A DNA stretch of 33,179 bases. Source: a virus (taxonomy: Duplodnaviria; Caudoviricetes). The notes beneath the pieces are model-generated. The model worked only from the letters and a program-made list of their open reading frames with translations, searched no databases and had not been told where the DNA came from. This document shows positions 26,418 to 33,179 of the stretch, piece by piece (position 1 is the first letter of the stretch; every line of letters starts with the position of its first letter). A program made the position numbers and the translations under genes. The DNA lies in IMG/VR virus record IMGVR_UViG_3300011339_000873, positions 1-33,179 of that record. One strand, 5' to 3'.

Positions 26418-28601
26418 TTAAAAAGGCACTTCGTCATCATTTGGAGTATCAATATCAGGTTTTATCCATAATTCAACCCCTTTTTTAAGAACTCCGCTTA
26501 ATTTATAAGGCTTGTATTCAATTTTATTTTTTACAAAAATATCTCTAATATCAAACTTTGTAACATTTATCGATGTGTTAAGATTTAACGAGTTTAAAAT
26601 ATCGCCTTGATTTAAAATGCGCCTTTCCGTAAAGTAATCTGTTCTTTCAAGTGAAAACCTTGTAAAAAATATCTCCTCTACTGGCATAACTTCAATATTA
26701 GTATTTGTGTTTTTGGCTAAATAATCAATATCCTCGCTCGAATATATCTTCCAATCAAAATTTTCACGCCATAATTGAAAGGCTTCACGCCAAAGTGAAT
26801 CAGTATCTATTTTAATCATACTTTCATAATCAATAGACACCACGTTTAAGGGCAAAATACGCCTATTTCCCGTAACATCTTTTAAAACTGATATATCGTT
26901 ACTTGTTCCGCATAATGAAGCCTTACGTTTCATTTTTGAATAAAATGCAGAATAAGGCAAACGTATATCAATTTGATTTGCATCGGCTATCTTTTTAAAA
27001 TCTTTTACGTCTTTTGTAGCTAATCCACCAAACTCATCATCCAAAACAATCAAACCCTTTACAAGGTTGTATATTGAATCTTTATCCTTGCTGTCTATCT
27101 TATGCTCAATCATATATTTTGATAGCTCTTTTGGTAGTAAGTTTCTAAAAAAAGAGGTTTTTCCTGTGCCTTGTTGCTGACCACATAAAACCAAAGTAAG
27201 CGGAGAAACTTTTGTTTCTTGAATAGGACTAATCCAATTATGAACGCATCCAACAATCCACTTTTTAAATGCCCATCTATTATAATCGCTTTGTGGTTGT
27301 ATGCAATCAACATATTTATCAATTAATCCACTTTCAAATTCTTTAATTTTAAAAAATTCGTTTAAAGCGTTATGCGTTGGTGTAGCTTCGGAATTTATCA
27401 TATCCCTAACATCCGATTTATTTACATTAATTGAAAGCGTATTTTTTGTAGCAAAATAAATGGTATTCAATTTAATATCATCGAGAAGGACTCCATTAAT
27501 AAAAATTTCGTTTGTTATTGAATCTCTAATAGGATTAAAATTATCAGCTATAAAATTTTTAATTTGGTTTACATCTGTTTCATCATCTTCAACCTCATAT
27601 TTTACATTGCTTTCAATAAGTTGTTTTATTAAATCTTCATCAGGATTATCAAGTTTTAAAACTTCAATAATATGTTTCTTAACACTTTCTATTGTTGGAG
27701 TGCCTTGCGCCTTTTGCGCAGCTACTGTCTTAATAGTTTTCTTTGTTTTATCGCTATAAATATCAATGCCCTCTTGTTTTACAAAATGGTAAAAAGTTGC
27801 AATTGTAATTGTACCTTTTTTGCAAAAGTTTTTATAATGTTTTTCAATATTCTTTACATCATATTTAGAACCGTTTTGGCAAATAGCTTTGAAATAATTA
27901 AGGCCTGATTCGCCAAAGTGAGAACCTATTGCAAATCCAATCTGGCAGTATCTAGCATAGTCATCCTGACAAAGGTCAATGTTTGCTATTTTATCGAGTG
28001 CATCGGTAAAATCATCTTTTACAAAAATAAAGTTTTCTTTTGCCTTTGGCTTGTCAATTTTAGCTTTAGATATAAATTTCTTTGCTTTATCATTATGGAA
28101 TAAATACGGATCATAAGAATAGTAACGTAATCTGTTTTCATTTTTACAACTTGGATCAATTGTTAAATTAAAATTATCCCAGTAGTATTGCCCCAACTCA
28201 AAAAAAGATTCTAAAAACTTATTTTGATTTATTTTAACAAAAATACAAACACCATCGCCACCAAAAGAGCGATGCGAAATAAAGGTATATTTATCAGCAT
28301 TTATTTTATTAATTGTATCTATGTCAACCTCATCATCAATATCAATAACAATAAGGCCGTTTAGCTCCTGAATATTGCTTTTTATTTTAGATCCTTGATT
28401 CATTATTGCTGATCCAGTTATACAAGGCATAATGTCTTTTAATGCTTTGTACTTTTGTTTATCTGATTTAACAGAACGTGCCTGCAATACCATATCTTGA
28501 TACTTTCCATTTTTTACGCTATCAATATAGTATTGTAAATCAATATCAATTTTGTTTGTATCTGTTACAGTTTTATAACTGCTAAATTTAATTGTTTCCA
28601 T
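26418..28601 (-). CDS. Primase-helicase: BT4734-like/VirE N-terminal AEP domain, PriCT-2 region, VapE-like ATPase
   Basis: GLIVIDID, SFGGDG, IDPSCKN..RLRY; Walker A GQQQGTGKT; LDDE; DVTGNRR. Confidence 0.88.
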   Translation of the reverse strand: METIKFSSYKTVTDTNKIDIDLQYYIDSVKNGKYQDMVLQARSVKSDKQKYKALKDIMPCITGSAIMNQGSKIKSNIQELNGLIVIDIDDEVDIDTINKINADKYTFISHRSFGGDGVCIFVKINQNKFLESFFELGQYYWDNFNLTIDPSCKNENRLRYYSYDPYLFHNDKAKKFISKAKIDKPKAKENFIFVKDDFTDALDKIANIDLCQDDYARYCQIGFAIGSHFGESGLNYFKAICQNGSKYDVKNIEKHYKNFCKKGTITIATFYHFVKQEGIDIYSDKTKKTIKTVAAQKAQGTPTIESVKKHIIEVLKLDNPDEDLIKQLIESNVKYEVEDDETDVNQIKNFIADNFNPIRDSITNEIFINGVLLDDIKLNTIYFATKNTLSINVNKSDVRDMINSEATPTHNALNEFFKIKEFESGLIDKYVDCIQPQSDYNRWAFKKWIVGCVHNWISPIQETKVSPLTLVLCGQQQGTGKTSFFRNLLPKELSKYMIEHKIDSKDKDSIYNLVKGLIVLDDEFGGLATKDVKDFKKIADANQIDIRLPYSAFYSKMKRKASLCGTSNDISVLKDVTGNRRILPLNVVSIDYESMIKIDTDSLWREAFQLWRENFDWKIYSSEDIDYLAKNTNTNIEVMPVEEIFFTRFSLERTDYFTERRILNQGDILNSLNLNTSINVTKFDIRDIFVKNKIEYKPYKLSGVLKKGVELWIKPDIDTPNDDEVPF

Positions 28602-30123
28602 ATTTTGCCTTAAATGATTCGTTATATATTTGACTAATAAATGTTTCGTATTTTACGTGCTTTCCATCTTTTAAAATTGATCCTAAAATTTTAAAATAAA
28701 TAGGTCTTAAATGTATTATAAATTTATCTTTAAATTGTCTTTTTTTATGATAAATAAAGGTTTCTTTAGGTATATTTTTTGATTTTAAAAAGTGAATCCA
28801 GCCATCTTTTACACTTTGCAATGCTTGATATTTAGTGCTTCCTTTATTTATGTGAAAATCTAAATTAAATCGTGGAATTGGTAATTCTGAATTAAAACTT
28901 TTTAATTCAACTTCTTTTATTTGTCGTTCTTCTCCTTCTGGTTTTTCTGGAACTTCTTCGCCACAGTTAGGGCAAATTTTTTCATTTTCTAAAAAAGTAA
29001 ATCCGCAAAAATTGCACTCTTGAATATTTTCGACTATATCTTTTATCTTTTTATCAAAAAATATTCTATTCCAATCCCTATCAAAACTAAAAATTTGATG
29101 TTCTTCGTTATTGTTACCGCCATCAACTAACAAAAAATAAGGTTTATCCGTTTTTAGCGTTGGTCTTGCACCTCTACCAGCTATCTGAATCCATAAAGAA
29201 AGGCTTTTTGTAGCTCGTGCCATTATAATACATTCTACATCACATACATCAAAACCTTTTGTGAAACACCCAGTATTTATTAAAATTGCATCAGGTGTGT
29301 TTTTAAACCATTCAACTATATCTTCTCTATTTTCTCCATCTGTTTTTGAATCATAAACCTTTGTATTTTTATCTTTAAAAAGTTCCTGATAAACTAAATT
29401 AGTCGAACAACTTGAAGTAAAAATCATTGTTTTTTTATTCTCACAATATTTGTTGTAAGTAAGTTTTAAAGATTTTTGATAATTTTCAGCTTGAAAAGTG
29501 GTTTCCATTGACTTTGCAGTATATTCTCCGCTTGAATCTGTTTTAAGTGTTGATCCATCAAATTCAAAAAATACATTTTGTTCATTAATCAAATAGCCGT
29601 TTTTCATTAACCAAGAAATTGGTTTACCACATACAATGTCATCATAAACATCTGAAAGCGTTTTTTGTGCAGTTTGATTGTCATTTATTTTATAACGACC
29701 TAAACGAACTGGCGTTGCAGTAAATCCAATTATTCTAGCTTCTTTTAAATAAGGTATCATTTTATCAAAGATAGCCACGTGGCACTCATCAATGATGCAT
29801 AATTCAAAATCAGGTAATTTGTTTTTTCGATTCCATAAACTTTGAACCATTGCAACAATGATTTTATTTTGTGGTATTTCTTTTGCACCAGCTAAAACGC
29901 ACCCAGTATCTAATCCTTGTTTTTTAAAAGTATCAACAGTTTGATTTACTAAATCAATACTATCAACTAAAATAAGTGTTTTTTTATTTAGTTGTGAAAT
30001 TAGTTCCGTAAAAATTACTGTTTTTCCACCTCCTGTGCTTAATTGTACGCAAAGTTTTTGCGCTTTGTTTTGCAGAATTTCATCGAGTAACTCCTGCTGA
30101 TAAGGTCTTAATGTTTTTTTCAT
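28588..30123 (-). CDS. Superfamily 2 DExH helicase with C-terminal zinc ribbon
   Basis: LRPYQ, TGGGKT, DECH, TATP, QIAGRGAR, CNFC...CPNC; likely start MKKTLRPYQ at 30123. Confidence 0.92.
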   Translation of the reverse strand: MKKTLRPYQQELLDEILQNKAQKLCVQLSTGGGKTVIFTELISQLNKKTLILVDSIDLVNQTVDTFKKQGLDTGCVLAGAKEIPQNKIIVAMVQSLWNRKNKLPDFELCIIDECHVAIFDKMIPYLKEARIIGFTATPVRLGRYKINDNQTAQKTLSDVYDDIVCGKPISWLMKNGYLINEQNVFFEFDGSTLKTDSSGEYTAKSMETTFQAENYQKSLKLTYNKYCENKKTMIFTSSCSTNLVYQELFKDKNTKVYDSKTDGENREDIVEWFKNTPDAILINTGCFTKGFDVCDVECIIMARATKSLSLWIQIAGRGARPTLKTDKPYFLLVDGGNNNEEHQIFSFDRDWNRIFFDKKIKDIVENIQECNFCGFTFLENEKICPNCGEEVPEKPEGEERQIKEVELKSFNSELPIPRFNLDFHINKGSTKYQALQSVKDGWIHFLKSKNIPKETFIYHKKRQFKDKFIIHLRPIYFKILGSILKDGKHVKYETFISQIYNESFKAKYGNN

Positions 30124-30130
30124 AAAATAC

Positions 30131-30210
30131 AAAAACCCGCAAATCAAAAGGTGGAAGACTTTATCATTGCGGGAATTTAATAATATTGTTAATTAGGCTT
30201 CCACTCCTAT
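30131..30210 (-). ncRNA. Structured 5' leader of helicase: two hairpins with complementary loops, the second terminator-like
   Basis: Loops AGTGGAAG and TCTTCCAC; CCCGCAA/TTGCGGG stem followed by TTTTT. Confidence 0.65.
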
Positions 30211-30214
30211 GGCA

Positions 30215-30222
30215 CAAATATA
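30215..30222 (-). promoter_or_regulatory. -7 promoter box P4 upstream of helicase leader
   Basis: TATATTTG; no clear -33. Confidence 0.65.
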
Positions 30223-30236
30223 ATACTTTTTTTTAT

Positions 30237-31400
30237 TTAAAATATAAAATCATTTATACTTTTTTGACCGTTTTTGTAATAGTTGAAATGTACAAAACCA
30301 CTTATGCTATTACTGAAATTCATCTGGACCCAATTAGACGGTGGTGAAAAAGACGGGAAGTTTTGATATGTAAAATGTTTGGAAGTTGAATTGTCAAATA
30401 TGTACTGGTGTGAATCACCTTTGCTAAATTCTATTTTTTGACTGTGCAATTTATGTTCGTCAATATAGTTTTTTATTTTTTCAATTTGCTTTGCATCTAA
30501 AATCGGTTTGAATCCAAATTTAAGGTTTTTATCATCCTTTCCGTGTGTAAGTATAAAAGTTATATTATCTTGGCTGTAATGGTCTATAAATCGCCTCTGG
30601 TTAATTATTTCTATTCTTTCTGTATATTTTAAATCAATGTAAGTTTTAAAAGCTGAATTTACAATATATCCAAATGATCCAGCGTGATTGTCATTGCAAA
30701 TATTAATACATTTTATTTTGTCGTAGTGATTAATTAAAGAGTCAATTAATTGTATTTTAAAAGTCAATGCAGTATCGAATGCCTTTTGATTGTCCATATT
30801 TTGAGGAAGTGAATGACCGCCTCTTGTTGTGTAACCATCCCAACCATCCAGAAAATCACCTAATTCGTGAATTATCAAAGTATTTGATTTTTTATTGTTT
30901 AAAGTGTGTTTTACCATCACTTTTAATCGTTTTGTCAATTCTTCTTCATTCCAAAGGCCACCATAAATAGAATAACCATCTGGATTTACATTCATTCCAA
31001 TATGAACATCTGTATAAACTAATCTATCAAATAAGCAAATTTCGTCACAAATTTTATCTTTTTTTGTTACAATTATAGGCTTAATTTTATTTTTAAAAAT
31101 ATTTAGAAAGTCAATATCTTTAATGTTTTTTTCCTCATCACTTAATTTTTCGAATAGTGGATTAGTTACTCTTACTGATTCATTTTTATTTTTTAGCCAT
31201 AACATCGGCACCGTTTTTGGATCAACTCCAACATTTTCACAAGCGTTAATGACTCCTAAATTATTTCTTAATCTATTGATATGTTTACGGAAGGAATCTG
31301 TGTAATTATCTTTTAAAATTTCTTGACCTATTTTACTATCATTTAATCCTTTTTGCAATAATTCTATAATCTTATCATTGTGGTGTGAAAATATGCCCAT
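30237..31400 (-). CDS. Calcineurin-like metallophosphoesterase with N-terminal HTH-like region
   Basis: DVHIG, LGDFLDG, NDNH, THG and GDSH motifs in the expected order. Confidence 0.75.
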   Translation of the reverse strand: MGIFSHHNDKIIELLQKGLNDSKIGQEILKDNYTDSFRKHINRLRNNLGVINACENVGVDPKTVPMLWLKNKNESVRVTNPLFEKLSDEEKNIKDIDFLNIFKNKIKPIIVTKKDKICDEICLFDRLVYTDVHIGMNVNPDGYSIYGGLWNEEELTKRLKVMVKHTLNNKKSNTLIIHELGDFLDGWDGYTTRGGHSLPQNMDNQKAFDTALTFKIQLIDSLINHYDKIKCINICNDNHAGSFGYIVNSAFKTYIDLKYTERIEIINQRRFIDHYSQDNITFILTHGKDDKNLKFGFKPILDAKQIEKIKNYIDEHKLHSQKIEFSKGDSHQYIFDNSTSKHFTYQNFPSFSPPSNWVQMNFSNSISGFVHFNYYKNGQKSINDFIF

Positions 31401-31419
31401 ATTTTGATTTTATGTTAAT

Positions 31420-31447
31420 AAAAAAATGCGCCCGATTAAAGGCGCAT
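31420..31447 (-). terminator. Intrinsic terminator after methyltransferase
   Basis: Minus strand ATGCGCCTTTAATCGGGCGCATTTTTTT. Confidence 0.8.
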
Positions 31448-31457
31448 AAAGATAGTA

Positions 31458-32474
31458 TTATTTTTTTATAAATTTAAAGATGTGTTCAATTACAGGTAAA
31501 GTCCAACCATCGCCTAATAAACAAGCGGCTTGATTTCGTGTCAAAATACTTGTGTATCCATCTTCAAAACCTTGTAATCTTTCAAGTTCTGTTTGAGTAA
31601 AGTATCTAATATCTTTATCTTGAAAAACAAAATATTCATTATTACGAAGTAAACAGTTTGATTTATCTTTCATTAATCTACCTCGTCTTGTTTTTGAAGT
31701 TGGATAGCTTAAATCTACTCCTTCATTTTCTGCAATATCTACAAAACCTATTGTTGTTGCTTCTTTAACTCTAAAAAAAGTTTTTTCATCTTTAAATATA
31801 AGATTAGCCATACCTATTTCAAAGTATCTACGTGCCATTTTTGATGGTGTTTTTAAAGGTCTTGAATTGCTTTCAAGCAAACACATTGATTTTGTTTTTT
31901 CACTATAACCATTTTCAAGTATATCTTTTAAAAATATTTTTTTATCTTTTGGTTCTGGAATATCTACAATAGTATCAAACATTGTTTGTTTTGTTTTTAT
32001 ATTAGTCCAATAATAACGATCACGCAACTGAACTGTTACCAACTTTGAATTAATTCTACAAGGGTAAACACCTAATGCTCTACTCATAATACCAACATCC
32101 AACTTTGAAGCTGAACCAACATTTTCCTGAAGGAATAAAACATTTGGATTTAGTGATTTTACAAATTCTAATATTTCAACAAATACAAAGAATAAACTTG
32201 ACTTTTTGCCATTTATTCCTGCTCGTTTACCGGCTGCACTTAAATCCTGACAGGGTGATCCGCTTAAAATTAAATCAATACTACTCCAATCAATATCCCA
32301 TTCCTTCCATTTAGTAACATCACCAACCTGAATAGTATCAGGAAAGTGATGTTGTGTTAATTCAATCGCATAAGGTTTTATTTCACTTGAATAGTATTGA
32401 TTTACTTTGATTCCTACATTTTCAAGCGCTTGTCTTCCTGTATTCATTCCGTTGAATAAACTAACTACATTCAT
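31458..32474 (-). CDS. DNA cytosine-C5 methyltransferase (orphan)
   Basis: SLFNG, GSPCQ, ENV, RDRYYW, ERLQGF and LGDGW motifs. Confidence 0.92.
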   Translation of the reverse strand: MNVVSLFNGMNTGRQALENVGIKVNQYYSSEIKPYAIELTQHHFPDTIQVGDVTKWKEWDIDWSSIDLILSGSPCQDLSAAGKRAGINGKKSSLFFVFVEILEFVKSLNPNVLFLQENVGSASKLDVGIMSRALGVYPCRINSKLVTVQLRDRYYWTNIKTKQTMFDTIVDIPEPKDKKIFLKDILENGYSEKTKSMCLLESNSRPLKTPSKMARRYFEIGMANLIFKDEKTFFRVKEATTIGFVDIAENEGVDLSYPTSKTRRGRLMKDKSNCLLRNNEYFVFQDKDIRYFTQTELERLQGFEDGYTSILTRNQAACLLGDGWTLPVIEHIFKFIKK

Positions 32475-32836
32475 AATAAATCAGTTAAATCAACAGATTT
32501 GAAGCCTTCAGGTTTTAGGATTTTCCCATCAGGATTTCTCAATACTTTGCCGTTTGGAAATTTTGTAAGATTGTTTTCGTGTACCCTGTTAAATGCTTCC
32601 TCAAAAATATCTTGCATTCCGTGAAAATTAATAGTTCCAAGTAGTACATACATTTGATCTACTAACGCATCTAAAATCTCAACTTTATTGCCATCATAAC
32701 AGGCCGAAATATATTCCATATTTTCTTCTCGTGCCAGTTCAAAACGTAAACTGCAATCTTTAAAATCATTAACTGTTGGTTTGTCGTTTACCTTTTGCAA
32801 TCCTATTTTCTGAAATTCTCTAACTTTATTTATCAT
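32471..32836 (-). CDS. MazG-like / PRA-PH all-alpha NTP pyrophosphohydrolase
   Basis: REENMEY, EILDALVDQMYV, RVHENNLTK and DGKILKP motifs. Confidence 0.85.
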   Translation of the reverse strand: MINKVREFQKIGLQKVNDKPTVNDFKDCSLRFELAREENMEYISACYDGNKVEILDALVDQMYVLLGTINFHGMQDIFEEAFNRVHENNLTKFPNGKVLRNPDGKILKPEGFKSVDLTDLL

Positions 32837-33017
32837 TTTCTTTTAACCAAAGATTAATTACTAATATACTTTTTTCTAAATCTGTTTGAAACTCTCCTTT
32901 TTTTTCTGCTCTTTCAAGTCTTTTGACAATGTCAAATAAATAAGGATTCCAGTTTCTTTCGGATGCTACTTTGTAAAGCGTTCCTTTGCTGTTATCATAA
33001 TGTTTTGGTGCTTCCAT
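32826..33017 (-). CDS. DUF3310-like protein
   Basis: PKHY...KRLERAEKKG...DLEK pattern. Confidence 0.6.
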   Translation of the reverse strand: MEAPKHYDNSKGTLYKVASERNWNPYLFDIVKRLERAEKKGEFQTDLEKSILVINLWLKENDK

Positions 33018-33139
33018 ATTTCAATGATTTGTTCGTTTGTAAAGTAATGACCGTGATATAAAAAACCATCCTGAACTTGTTCCAGTCTTGGTTCAATTCT
33101 TATAAATTCTACTAATTTGCAAATATCTTCTATTTTCAT
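32966..33139 (-). CDS. Hypothetical protein (57 aa, MKIEDICK...), spanning the circular junction
   Basis: Manual translation; the same ORF starts at 154 in the left repeat copy with ATGA coupling. Confidence 0.55.
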   Translation of the reverse strand: MKIEDICKLVEFIRIEPRLEQVQDGFLYHGHYFTNEQIIEIWKHQNIMITAKERFTK

Positions 33140-33179
33140 TTTAATATTTTTTTTACTAATCCTTCATTGCTTTTAGGTT
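32986..33179. repeat. Terminal direct repeat / circular assembly overlap (right copy)
   Basis: Offset of 32985 from the left copy; the repeat cuts through coding sequence. Confidence 0.95.

Noticed and set aside
11530-27322. Nested minus-strand ORFs 11530-11745 and 27110-27322
   Set aside because: Out-of-frame ORFs inside long genes with no supporting signals
1106-32314. All plus-strand ORFs in the track (e.g. 1106-1375, 1553-1840, 2879-3094, 8297-8578, 27460-27759)
   Set aside because: They are antisense shadows of well-supported minus-strand genes, with no recognisable motifs
1-33179. Stop-codon reassignment
   Set aside because: Core genes are full length in the standard code, and TAA, TAG and TGA all end genes

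Overview
The window is an apparently complete, circularly permuted genome of a tailed dsDNA phage with a siphovirus-like layout. The unit length is about 32,985 bp: bases 1-194 recur at 32986-33179 with 3 mismatches. It is AT-rich and every credible gene is on the minus strand. Bacteroidota-type TAnnTTTG promoters, A-rich leaders without Shine-Dalgarno sequences, a DUF3127 SSB and a BT4734-like/VapE primase point to a Flavobacteriaceae-like host (inference). In transcription order: DUF3310-like protein, MazG-like pyrophosphatase, C5 DNA methyltransferase, metallophosphoesterase, SF2 helicase, primase-helicase, iteron-rich origin, VRR-NUC, small early genes, TerS/TerL, portal, protease, HK97-type capsid, neck and tail genes, tape measure, mosaic fibre and receptor-binding cassette, lysis genes, then a Cro-like HTH, ERF recombinase and SSB. 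I saw no integrase, CI-type repressor, DNA polymerase, canonical tRNA, CRISPR array or reverse transcriptase. The most unusual signals are non-coding or very small: (1) a promoter, boxA-like motif and anticodon-less tRNA-like mini-RNA in front of the cro-like gene; (2) a kissing-loop/terminator leader in front of the helicase-primase genes; (3) an 18-bp operator shared by three promoters; (4) two paralogous unannotated membrane micro-peptides; (5) a cationic peptide where spanins would be expected. All family assignments come from recognising motifs by eye, not from database searches.
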